A DNA stretch of 64,000 bases from Alphaproteobacteria bacterium (lineage in GTDB: Bacteria; Pseudomonadota; Alphaproteobacteria; RF32; CAG-239), in the NCBI GenBank assembly GCA_045613125.1, contig JAZLAM010000016.1, forward strand, positions 4,699 through 68,698, written 5' to 3'. Below, piece after piece: positions 9,356-17,994 of this stretch. Within the stretch, counting starts at the first letter, position 1. Every line of letters starts with the position of its first letter. The notes beneath the pieces were generated by a model, which made no database searches, had not been told where the DNA came from, and worked only from the letters and a program-made list of their open reading frames with translations. Made by a program: the position numbers and the translations under genes.

Positions 9356-10294
9356 TTATTTTGCTCTTAATAAATCAACAATCTGTAAATTATCATGTTC
9401 TAATGCAGAAACCGGATTTTGCATTTTATCCATAATGTTCTTATAAAAATTAACAAGGGTTCTCACTCTTGGAATATCTTTTGTGCTTCTATTTGCATAT
9501 AAATGGTAAAGAATAGGATAATCACACGGTATATTATCTAAACAAACAACACCTTGTGTTGCAAAACCTAATGGTAAAATTCCTATACCTGTACTATTTT
9601 CTAATGCATTTATCAAAGCTAATATATTATTTGTCTCAAAGCAAATTCGAGCATGCTTAAAGTTTGCTTCCCCTATTATTTGTTTCAGTGCGTCGTTGTT
9701 TTTCATTATCAGCCTATGGTTTGCTACTAAATCATCAAGATCAACCGGATATCCATGTTCAGATAAATATTTAGGAGATGCAAAAAAACCACAATGTATC
9801 GTTTTATTTGTTATTTCAGTAATATCAAAATTATTAATTTCTTCATAAGATAAAATTATATCAAAATCTCTAATATTAATTTTTGATATATCAGTTGCTG
9901 AAATTGAACTAATTTTCAGCTCCGGAAATATATTAAATAAATCTGATAAATCTTGTGGAACCATATATGAAGCATATCCTAAGGATATACATACTCGAAC
10001 CTCGCCTTTTATTTCTTTATTTTCTAATTTAATACTTTTAATTTCATCTAAAATTTCATTAATGCTATCAACTTTGCTTACAATACGTTGAGCAACATTT
10101 GTTAAACTTGAACCTCTGCCATTTGTTGAAATAAGTGTAACACCTAATTCATCTTCCAAATATTCAATATATTTATTAATTGTATCAATAGAAGTAGCTA
10201 ATGTTTCTGAAGCCTTTCTTTTTCCGGAACATTGATTAATAGCTTGTAAAAACAAAAGACTTTCAATCATAGATATATCTTTTTTGTTTACCAT
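9356..10294 (-). CDS. LysR-family transcriptional regulator (divergent)
   Basis: N-terminal HTH (RKASETL...INKYIEYLEDELGVTL), FFASPKYL..HGYP..LDDL..HRLI; start moved to ATG 10294 with AGAGGAAG RBS. Confidence 0.85.
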   Translation of the reverse strand: MVNKKDISMIESLLFLQAINQCSGKRKASETLATSIDTINKYIEYLEDELGVTLISTNGRGSSLTNVAQRIVSKVDSINEILDEIKSIKLENKEIKGEVRVCISLGYASYMVPQDLSDLFNIFPELKISSISATDISKINIRDFDIILSYEEINNFDITEITNKTIHCGFFASPKYLSEHGYPVDLDDLVANHRLIMKNNDALKQIIGEANFKHARICFETNNILALINALENSTGIGILPLGFATQGVVCLDNIPCDYPILYHLYANRSTKDIPRVRTLVNFYKNIMDKMQNPVSALEHDNLQIVDLLRAK

Positions 10295-10834
10295 CTTATA
10301 TTCTTCCTCTAGTATGAATATTTCAAGGTGGTCGGAGAGTTCAGAAATCAAATGCATAAAATGATCCTTTAACCTTTAAAGTCTTAAAGACTTCTGTACA
10401 TTCGTTAAAGATCCCCGACCAAAGATGGTACACCTTTTTTTCAAGGATTCGGATTCTAAAATCATATTCAACAATGCATTGAGCTTCTGACGGCTCGAAC
10501 AACTTAAAACAATCTGTATAACGTTGTTTATTAACACATATATTTAGAATGAATTAATTATCAATTCTTATTTTTTGATATGAGATATCGAAAAATTAGT
10601 ACACATAAAATTTATAGTTATATACAATAACCTCTCTTTATTTTTAAAGCAAAAAAAATGCTGTACTAAAATTGAGTACATTATGTTATAAAAATTATTA
10701 TTTTTCGAAAAAATCGTACAGAAAATACAATTTTTGATTATTGATTTTATATTTTTCTCACATAACAATTTGCTCGTGATTTTAATAAAAAATACCTAAG
10801 TCTAATTTTTGTTAGGTTTGTTGTTTTAGCATAA

Positions 10835-11725
10835 ATGGAGAAAAACATGAACTCAAATATTGAATTAAATAATGCGCAATTTTCAGAACAATCTGGCACA
10901 ACAAAATATCTGCAAAGTATGAAAAAATTTCCAATACTTTCTGCTGAAGATGAATATAAATTAGCCAAAGAATATTTTATAAACAAAGATGAAAAATTAG
11001 CGCAACAACTTATAACATCTCATTTAAGATTAGTTGCAAAAGTTGTAAAAAAATATAAAGGATATGGATTACCAACAGATGAAATGATTTCTGAAGGTAG
11101 TATCGGACTTTTGGTTGCTCTTAAAAAATTTGATCCGGATAAAGGATTCAGATTTTCAACATATGCTTTATGGTGGATTAAAGCATATGTGCAAAAATAT
11201 ATACTCAATTCTTGGTCTTTGGTAAAATTAGGAACAACAAGTGCTCAAAAAAAACTTTTTTTTAATTTACGCAAAATTAAAAACCAAATTAATTTAATTG
11301 ATGATATAAATATGGATGATAATACCATCAATCAAATCGCAACATCTTTATCTGTTAAGCAATCAGAAATAAAGGAAATGAATAATCGTATGGCTAGTCA
11401 CGATACCTCCTTAAATGTTATACTCAATAATAATTCAAGTGATGATGGAACAGAATTTATAGATCTTCTCGCTGATAAAACACCTAACCAAGAAGAAACC
11501 TTTATAAATAAACAAACATATGCCTATCGCAAAAAACTTTTTCATAATGCCCTTGATGTGCTAAATGTTAGAGAGAAAGATATTTTATTTAAACGAAGAT
11601 TATATGAAACACCTCAAACACTTGAAGATTTAAGTAATGTTTATCATATATCCAAAGAACGTGTGCGACAAATTGAACTAAATGCGATCAAAAAAATAAG
11701 AAATAACATTCCTACCATACATTAA
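10835..11725 (+). CDS. rpoH: RNA polymerase sigma-32 factor
   Basis: RpoH box LVKLGTTSAQKKLFFNLRK; KFDPDKGFRFSTYA; ISKERVRQIE. Confidence 0.95.
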   Translation: MEKNMNSNIELNNAQFSEQSGTTKYLQSMKKFPILSAEDEYKLAKEYFINKDEKLAQQLITSHLRLVAKVVKKYKGYGLPTDEMISEGSIGLLVALKKFDPDKGFRFSTYALWWIKAYVQKYILNSWSLVKLGTTSAQKKLFFNLRKIKNQINLIDDINMDDNTINQIATSLSVKQSEIKEMNNRMASHDTSLNVILNNNSSDDGTEFIDLLADKTPNQEETFINKQTYAYRKKLFHNALDVLNVREKDILFKRRLYETPQTLEDLSNVYHISKERVRQIELNAIKKIRNNIPTIH

Positions 11726-11789
11726 CCCTTTCAAAACTTATATAAAAAAGCTCCATTTATAAATTAATGGAGCTTAGATAATATAGTAT

Positions 11790-11814
11790 AAACCTCCCGT
11801 TTGGGAGGTTTTTT
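11790..11814. terminator. Hairpin/terminator downstream of rpoH
   Basis: AAACCTCCC-GTTT-GGGAGGTTTTTT; another hairpin at 11748-11775. Confidence 0.7.
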
Positions 11815-11922
11815 GTGGCTGGAGTGAGCTTGCGCTTTGCGAAGTGTAATTTTGCTTGAATATAATTTTGCTTGATGATAGAATACATCTTAGATACTTA
11901 TGGGTGAAAGGATAGATAATAT

Positions 11923-12459
11923 ATGTCTAAAAAAATTACTTTGAAAAATGGTCAACAAGCAATGTTAAGACGCATCCGTGCGAAAGATTATGAAGAAGTG
12001 ATGACTTTTTTAGATAAGTTTTCGCGCGGTAAAGGGGCTATTTGGACACATCAGTATCCTAATCAACCTAAAAAAGATAAACAAAAATCTATTCAGCATT
12101 ATGAGTCTGATGATGAACTGTTTTTAGGTATTTGGAATGGCAAAGAACTGATTGCCGAAGCTTCTATTCATATTAAAAATATCCGTGATCCATGGAGTGC
12201 CAAACAGGCTAGCTTTGGCGTATGTATGTTAGAAGAATATACGAGTTTAGGTCTGGGAACAATTCTTTTAAAAGAACTTGAAAAATGGGCTATTAAGAAA
12301 AAAATTCATCGTATTTTTGCAACAGTACGCCACAATAATAAAAGGGCTATAGGATTATATTTGAAGTTGGGTTATCAAATTGAAGGAATGGCCAAAGAAA
12401 CAGCTTTTTTTGACAATCAGTGGCAGCATGAATATTACTTAGGCAAAATCATAGAATAA
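11923..12459 (+). CDS. GNAT-family N-acetyltransferase
   Basis: FGVCMLEEYTSLGLGT (motif A), N.RAIGLY.KLGY.IEG (motif B). Confidence 0.9.
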   Translation: MSKKITLKNGQQAMLRRIRAKDYEEVMTFLDKFSRGKGAIWTHQYPNQPKKDKQKSIQHYESDDELFLGIWNGKELIAEASIHIKNIRDPWSAKQASFGVCMLEEYTSLGLGTILLKELEKWAIKKKIHRIFATVRHNNKRAIGLYLKLGYQIEGMAKETAFFDNQWQHEYYLGKIIE

Positions 12460-12498
12460 ACTTCCTACCTCATTGAATGTGTTAGATTCTTGTCAAAA

Positions 12499-12553
12499 TT
12501 AGTTCGAAGATTATTCGGGGTATGGTATATTTGAAGAATAATCTTCGAACTAA
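12499..12553. repeat. 18-bp perfect inverted repeat, 19-bp spacer, 3' of tRNA-Gln
   Basis: TTAGTTCGAAGATTATTC (12499-516) / GAATAATCTTCGAACTAA (12536-553). Confidence 0.9.
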
Positions 12554-12575
12554 CCTAAGTGCTTGTAAATAAAAG

Positions 12576-12600
12576 AAAAAAGGACGATTTCTCGTCCTTT
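12576..12600 (-). terminator. Terminator of tRNA-Gln
   Basis: AAAGGACGA-TTTC-TCGTCCTTT with T-tract on the minus strand. Confidence 0.7.
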
Positions 12601-12608
12601 GTTAAATG

Positions 12609-12682
12609 TGGCTGCTTGACCTGGATTCGAACCAAGATTAACGGAGTCAGAGTCCGCTGTCCTACCATTAGACGATCAAGCA
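12609..12682 (-). tRNA. tRNA-Gln(CTG)
   Basis: Acceptor TGCTTGA/TCAAGCA-GCCA, anticodon loop CT-CTG-AC, GGTTCGAATCC T-arm, 74 nt. Confidence 0.97.
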
Positions 12683-12797
12683 ATAAAACTTAACTTGTTT
12701 CCGGTTTTACGCTTTTTTATTTAATAAGTCAAATATTTTTTAATATCTTTTTTACAAAAAATCTAGTATTATATATTTCGTTTTTGAGGAGACCGAA

Positions 12798-13160
12798 ATG
12801 TTTAAAAATGCAAATCTTTTTATTGCTGATTTTTTCAAATCATTAATAAATAAACAATCAGGTGAAGATATAACACCAAAAATTGCCGAATCTATTCAGA
12901 AAAAAGAATATTTCAGCTCTCTTAAAAATTATGATAAAACTTTTACTCCGCCATACATATTAATCAGCTATCAACTTCTTAGCGAGAAAAACGAAATTTT
13001 TGAAGCTTCGGTATATTATCTATGCACAATCGCAAAAAATATGCCAAAATATAAATCTGAGATACATCGCATACTAATGTCTTATTGCGAAGAAAATAAA
13101 AATCTTAAAAATAGAATAGCCTATATACACTCACAAATGGAAAATTATAGTCTTTTATAA
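12798..13160 (+). CDS. Hypothetical protein
   Basis: 120-aa ORF with GAGGAG RBS. Confidence 0.7.
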   Translation: MFKNANLFIADFFKSLINKQSGEDITPKIAESIQKKEYFSSLKNYDKTFTPPYILISYQLLSEKNEIFEASVYYLCTIAKNMPKYKSEIHRILMSYCEENKNLKNRIAYIHSQMENYSLL

Positions 13161-13313
13161 CAATTTATGGTTGTATAAAATAAATAAAACATATTTTTTA
13201 GCTTGACAATCTTACTTTTAACTATAATATAAGTATCGTGACTTTAAGTAGACAGCCTATCAGTCTACAAATTTTTCAGAACAACTAATTTAAAAAATAA
13301 GAAAGGATTGATA

Positions 13314-13517
13314 ATGTCTACTGGAACTGTAAAGTGGTTTAATAGCAAAAAAGGTTATGGTTTTATTCAACCTGAAACTGGCGGAAAAGATATTTTTGTT
13401 CATGTTACAAAATTGGAAGAAAAAGGTATAAAAAAGCTTTTTGATGGCCAAAAAGTAAGCTACGAAACATATGATGACCGAGGAAGAATTGCTGCCGGAA
13501 ACATTGAAGTGTTGTAA
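13314..13517 (+). CDS. csp: Cold-shock protein
   Basis: [23 protein letters not shown]; ATG 13314 after AAGGA RBS; TTGACA at 13203. Confidence 0.95.
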   Translation: MSTGTVKWFNSKKGYGFIQPETGGKDIFVHVTKLEEKGIKKLFDGQKVSYETYDDRGRIAAGNIEVL

Positions 13518-13522
13518 AAATA

Positions 13523-13550
13523 TAAAGCCTTGTTGTCAAACAAGGCTTTA
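13523..13550. terminator. Hairpin terminator between csp and zapA
   Basis: TAAAGCCTTGTT-GTCA-AACAAGGCTTTA. Confidence 0.75.
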
Positions 13551-13563
13551 ACTAAATAAAAAA

Positions 13564-14019
13564 TTACAAATGTTCCAGTTCACTTATCAATTGTTTTAAG
13601 TTTTCAGTTGCTTGACTGATTGCAATTGCAAGCTTTTCATCAACCCCTCTTAAATCTATATCTTTTGCAACTTCAACAATTTTTTCAATTTCAACAATCT
13701 TTTCTACCGGCTTTTCAACTTCCACAATTTTTTCTATTATTTTCTCTACAGGTTTCTCTATTTCTACTATTTTCTCAACAATTTGCGGTTCTGTTTTAAC
13801 GGAAGAAGCAACACCTTTTCTTACTTCTTCCAACTCATCTGCAATTAAAAGGCCAATCATCGCAAGAAGCATATTCTCATTTATATGGCCATTTCCTGCG
13901 GTTAATTGTTTTGCTTTTTCATCAAGCATACGAGAAAGTTTTATAATATGAGCTTCTTGTCCGTCACCACAAACAATGCCATATTCACGAGAATTAATTG
14001 TTACTGTTACCTGAGTCAT
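13564..14019 (-). CDS. zapA: Cell division protein ZapA with VEK-repeat insertion
   Basis: MTQVTVTINSREY.IVC.DGQE.H...L...LD, LLAMIGLLIADEL. Confidence 0.9.
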   Translation of the reverse strand: MTQVTVTINSREYGIVCGDGQEAHIIKLSRMLDEKAKQLTAGNGHINENMLLAMIGLLIADELEEVRKGVASSVKTEPQIVEKIVEIEKPVEKIIEKIVEVEKPVEKIVEIEKIVEVAKDIDLRGVDEKLAIAISQATENLKQLISELEHL

Positions 14020-14257
14020 CTTCTTTTAACACCATATCAATTGTTTGAACCACTTTTGTTGTTTTATCCAAAACCTTTGCAACAACCGCTTTCATATCAT
14101 CTATTTGTTTATTTTTTTCCAACATATTATTTTTATACGACTGACGTTGTTGTAAAAGAGCGTTTTTTTTGTTTTGTAAAACACCCTGAAAATCTTTCAA
14201 AACTGTTTCCAATGCTTCAAAAGCTTTCTCTGTTTGCGGCAAATCTTTCATATCCAT
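13994..14257 (-). CDS. Small coiled-coil protein upstream of zapA (ZauP/DUF4164-like position)
   Basis: Heptad pattern; overlaps the zapA start; ATG 14257 with AAGGAAG RBS. Confidence 0.6.
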   Translation of the reverse strand: MDMKDLPQTEKAFEALETVLKDFQGVLQNKKNALLQQRQSYKNNMLEKNKQIDDMKAVVAKVLDKTTKVVQTIDMVLKEDDSGNSNN

Positions 14258-14348
14258 ATTATTTTTACTTCCTTTTTTTGAGGATTGGGTATATATTGTC
14301 ATTAATGATACATTTTTTTAATTTTATTACAAGAAGCAAAAGAAGATT

Positions 14349-14852
14349 ATGCAAAAGTTTATTATAAATATATCACAACAAAATTTTGATCTTTTGGAAG
14401 ACAAAAATTTAGAATGCTTTATTTTATCATCAAATTTAGCTGATTCGTTTAAAGCCGAATTTGCAAAAAAAGCCAAAGAAAAACAAAAGTTAGTTTTATC
14501 ATTTGATGTTCAAAGCGTCACCAATTTTGATCTTGATGGTATTATAATAGATTTATCAAAATCTGAAAATATAGCATCAGATTATAAAACTATAACTCAG
14601 GGTTTAAAGAAAAAATTTATAGGCACAATTTGTCGTAATCGGCGTCATGAAGCTATGCTGGTCGGCGAGTGTGAACCTGATTTTGTAATTTTCAGAGCCT
14701 GGAATGACGGAAAAGAAAAAGTGCAAGAATTAACATCTTGGTTTAATGAGATGTTTTTGCTCCAATCTGCATTATTGCCGGTTGAAGATGTCGAATTTAA
14801 AGACTTTGATACAGACTTTATCATTTTAGATGACATTAAATATAAAAAATAA
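14349..14852 (+). CDS. Degenerate thiamine-phosphate-synthase-like TIM-barrel protein
   Basis: RHEAMLVGECEPDFVIF resembles the alphaproteobacterial ThiE-like RH.AM..GE.G.DY..F; lies directly upstream of efp. Confidence 0.55.
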   Translation: MQKFIINISQQNFDLLEDKNLECFILSSNLADSFKAEFAKKAKEKQKLVLSFDVQSVTNFDLDGIIIDLSKSENIASDYKTITQGLKKKFIGTICRNRRHEAMLVGECEPDFVIFRAWNDGKEKVQELTSWFNEMFLLQSALLPVEDVEFKDFDTDFIILDDIKYKK

Positions 14853-14954
14853 ATTCATATAATTTTTTTGTTGCGAAATAATAAATATTGGAGTATGTTG
14901 CTCTCACTTTTAACAAATAATCAAATTTAAAATTGTAAATATGGAGATAAAAAC

Positions 14955-15518
14955 ATGAAACAACTCGCAGGATCAATCAGAATCGGTTGGGTAATTGAAT
15001 ATAAAGGTAAACCTTGGACAATAACCAAAGCTTCTCACATTAAACCGGGTAAGGGCGGTGCTTTTATGCAGGTAGAAATGAAATCTGTTGAAGAAGGAAC
15101 AAAAACCAACGAACGCTTCCGTACAGAAGATACTGTTGAAAAAATGATGGTTGAAGATAAAGATTGTCAATTTTTGTTTGAAGATTCTAACGGCCTTACT
15201 TTTATGGAAAGCGAAACATTTGAACAATTTACTATGCCTTCTGACATTTTAGGCGATTCTCGTCCGTTTTTGACAGATGGTATGACTGTTCGCATTTCTC
15301 ACATTAATTCACGTCCGATTTCTGTTGAATTACCTTTGCAAGTTGTTTGCACAATTGTTGAAACAGAACCTGTTGTTAAAGGACAAACAGCTGCTTCTTC
15401 TTACAAACCGGCAATTTTAGACAATGGCGTAAGAGTTATGGTTCCTCCGTTTATTAATACCGGTGATAAAATTGTTGTCGGCACTAACGAAGCTACATAT
15501 GTTGAAAGAGCTAAATAA
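14955..15518 (+). CDS. efp: Elongation factor P
   Basis: HIKPGKGGAF, KPAILDNG..VMVPPFI..GD.I, YVERA. Confidence 0.97.
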   Translation: MKQLAGSIRIGWVIEYKGKPWTITKASHIKPGKGGAFMQVEMKSVEEGTKTNERFRTEDTVEKMMVEDKDCQFLFEDSNGLTFMESETFEQFTMPSDILGDSRPFLTDGMTVRISHINSRPISVELPLQVVCTIVETEPVVKGQTAASSYKPAILDNGVRVMVPPFINTGDKIVVGTNEATYVERAK

Positions 15519-16315
15519 TGTCATACATATCACCTCTTTTAACATCTTTTGTTAATGCTGTTAAAAAATCGGCCTCTTCTTTAGATAGAGATTTTAATGA
15601 ATTGGAAAAACTCCAAAACTCTATTAAAGGCAACAAAAATTTTGTTTTTAATTCATATTCTCGTATTGAGAAAAACTTAAAAACAGAACTTGCTAAAATT
15701 CGTCCTGATATGCCGATTTTTACACCGTCAGACAAAGTTACCGGCAACTCTTATTTTGCCATTTCACCAATTGACGGTTTGATAAACTTTGCTCATGGGA
15801 ACCCTAATTTTGCTGTTTGTGCGGCATTGGTTGAAAATAACACCATTATATGTTCTGTTGTGTATAATCCTTCTCGTGATGAAACTTTTTTTGCCGAAAA
15901 AGGTAAAGGAGCATATAAAGAAGGTTATCGTAGTCATGAACGTTTACGTGTTTCAGCAGTTAAAGATTTAGACCAAGCTTTAATCAGCATGTCGGCAAGT
16001 TCTGATAACTCAGCAGAAAGCTCAAAAATTATATCTTCTGTTGTAGCTAAAACAGGCGATATCAGAATAAGCGGTTCATATGCTCAAGATTTGGCATATT
16101 TAGCCGGCGGTAAGCTTGATGCTTTTGTATGTTTGAATGCACATGTATCATCTATTGCTTCAGGATTGTTATTGGTTAAAGAAGCTGGTGGTTCTGTTCG
16201 TGGCATAAAACAAAAAGATACTCGTATTGAAGATTTGTCCCAAATTTTCAGTACAGGCGATTTGGTGGCTTCCAACTTTAACTTGAACCAAAAAGTTTTT
16301 GAAATTTTTAAATAA
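15518..16315 (+). CDS. suhB: Inositol monophosphatase-family protein SuhB (active site degenerate)
   Basis: LDRDFNELEKLQ, PIDG..NFAHG, FFAEKGKGAY, LLVKEAGG; coupled to efp. Confidence 0.85.
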   Translation: MSYISPLLTSFVNAVKKSASSLDRDFNELEKLQNSIKGNKNFVFNSYSRIEKNLKTELAKIRPDMPIFTPSDKVTGNSYFAISPIDGLINFAHGNPNFAVCAALVENNTIICSVVYNPSRDETFFAEKGKGAYKEGYRSHERLRVSAVKDLDQALISMSASSDNSAESSKIISSVVAKTGDIRISGSYAQDLAYLAGGKLDAFVCLNAHVSSIASGLLLVKEAGGSVRGIKQKDTRIEDLSQIFSTGDLVASNFNLNQKVFEIFK

Positions 16316-16401
16316 ACGGTAAAAAAACTCTTGATAAATTTATTTGATTAGGTTATAAGAGCATAAATTTGTTTGTAGAGTTTTAAATTTGGAGAAAAAA
16401 A

Positions 16402-16635
16402 ATGAAAAAAGGTATTCATCCTGACTATCACGAAATCACATATGTGATGACTGACGGAACAGAATGCAAAGTTAACAGCACATGGGGTAAAGCCGGTGCT
16501 AAGATGAATTTGGAAATTGATCCTAAATCTCATCCGGCATGGACAGGTGTTCATCGTATGGTTGACACAGGCGGTCAAGTTTCTAAATTTAACAGCAAGT
16601 TTGGCGCATTCGGCATCAAGAGTGGTACAAACTAG
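16402..16635 (+). CDS. rpmE: 50S ribosomal protein L31
   Basis: [30 protein letters not shown]. Confidence 0.97.
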   Translation: MKKGIHPDYHEITYVMTDGTECKVNSTWGKAGAKMNLEIDPKSHPAWTGVHRMVDTGGQVSKFNSKFGAFGIKSGTN

Positions 16636-16654
16636 TTGTAAACTGCAAGTCTTT

Positions 16655-16683
16655 AAAAGCACCTTTTGAAAGGTGCTTTTTTT
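16655..16683. terminator. Bidirectional terminator rpmE/rnd
   Basis: AAAAGCACCTTT-TG-AAAGGTGCTTTT. Confidence 0.85.
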
Positions 16684-17857
16684 ATTGCTTTTCCTGTTTT
16701 TCAAAAACAATTTTTTTATTAACGGTATCATACATTATACTTGACTTTCCTTTTCTGAAAGCAAGTGCATGTTTTCCGAAAACATCATAACGCCACCCTA
16801 AAAGGGCCGGATTTGTTTTATCATTGTTACCGCAAGCTATATCTCGCAAATTTTTTTCATCAGCAATTAAAAAATCTACCACATTGTTTTGTTCACTGAC
16901 AATTTTTAGTATCAGTTTCAAAACTTCGAGCAAAGCTGCAGCACTTCCCGGTATATTAACATGTCTTTCTTTTTCAATTTTTTTCAGATTTTTATCTACG
17001 GGTTTAGATAAGGCCTCATTTACCACTTCTAAAATTTCTTTTCCCAATTTTCCGTTTACGATATCAGAACGGATATATCTTACATTTGCCAAATCTTCAA
17101 TTGTTTGCGGTGCTAAAGAGGCAATATTCACCAAAATTTCGTCTTTAATCAGAGTTTTTCTTGGAATATTACATCTGATTGCTCGTTCTTCTCTCCAAGC
17201 TGCTAAATCTTTTAACACCATTAAAAACTGTGGGCTATGCGCTGAATGTCTAATTCTAAGCCACATGTTTTCAGGTTGAGGTTTATAAATTTCTTCATTT
17301 AACAGATATTCCGTTTCTTCTTTTATCCAATCTAAGCGATTATTTTCTTGCAAATATTTATCCAAAAACTCATAACACGGAATTAAAAAAGTGACATCTC
17401 TAAGCGCATATTCAAGTTGTTTTTTCTGTAACGGACGCTTAGTCCAATCGGTTAAGCGACTGGATTTATCAAGTTCGATACCGGTAATAATATGCACCAG
17501 TGTATCATAAGCTACACTAACACCAAAACCGCACGCCATTGCGGCAATTTGCGTATCAAAAATAGGTGACGGAAGCTTGCCTGACAGATTATAAAAAATT
17601 TCGATATCTTGTCTGCCCGAATGAAAAACCTTCAAAACATTTTGATTGGTCAAAACTTCAAAAAAAGCTGATAAATCGAGTTCTTTAGCCAAAGGGTCTA
17701 TAATTGCGGCATCATCAGTCCAGCCGACCTGTATCAAACAAAGATACGGAAAATATGTTTTTTCACGAACAAACTCCGTATCGACAGTAATAAATTTTTG
17801 CTTATTTAAGTCTTGGCATAAAACATTTAATTCTTCAGTTGTTTCAACGATTCTCAT
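16682..17857 (-). CDS. rnd: Ribonuclease D
   Basis: VDTEF.RE.TY..LCLIQ, KVFH..RQD, FDTQIAA, TDW..RPL...QL.YA..DV, HRDC, L.GWR. Confidence 0.95.
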   Translation of the reverse strand: MRIVETTEELNVLCQDLNKQKFITVDTEFVREKTYFPYLCLIQVGWTDDAAIIDPLAKELDLSAFFEVLTNQNVLKVFHSGRQDIEIFYNLSGKLPSPIFDTQIAAMACGFGVSVAYDTLVHIITGIELDKSSRLTDWTKRPLQKKQLEYALRDVTFLIPCYEFLDKYLQENNRLDWIKEETEYLLNEEIYKPQPENMWLRIRHSAHSPQFLMVLKDLAAWREERAIRCNIPRKTLIKDEILVNIASLAPQTIEDLANVRYIRSDIVNGKLGKEILEVVNEALSKPVDKNLKKIEKERHVNIPGSAAALLEVLKLILKIVSEQNNVVDFLIADEKNLRDIACGNNDKTNPALLGWRYDVFGKHALAFRKGKSSIMYDTVNKKIVFEKQEKQ

Positions 17858-17994
17858 AACAAATTCCGCTTTAAATTATCCGTTTTTTCACTCTATCTGA
17901 CATTACTTAATATTTTTTTAATTTTACTGTTGCTTTTAGCGAAAGAATGCTCTATCAATTTATATGGTTAAATTTTAATATTTTAGAGGTAAAA

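Noticed and set aside
13518-13563. 6S RNA downstream of zapA, its usual proteobacterial position
   Set aside because: Only 46 bp, containing a terminator; there is no room for it.
16348-16731. 127-aa minus-strand ORF and similar short overlapping ORFs across the window
   Set aside because: Antisense or out-of-frame shadows of well-supported genes such as rpmE, rnd, aspS and alaS.
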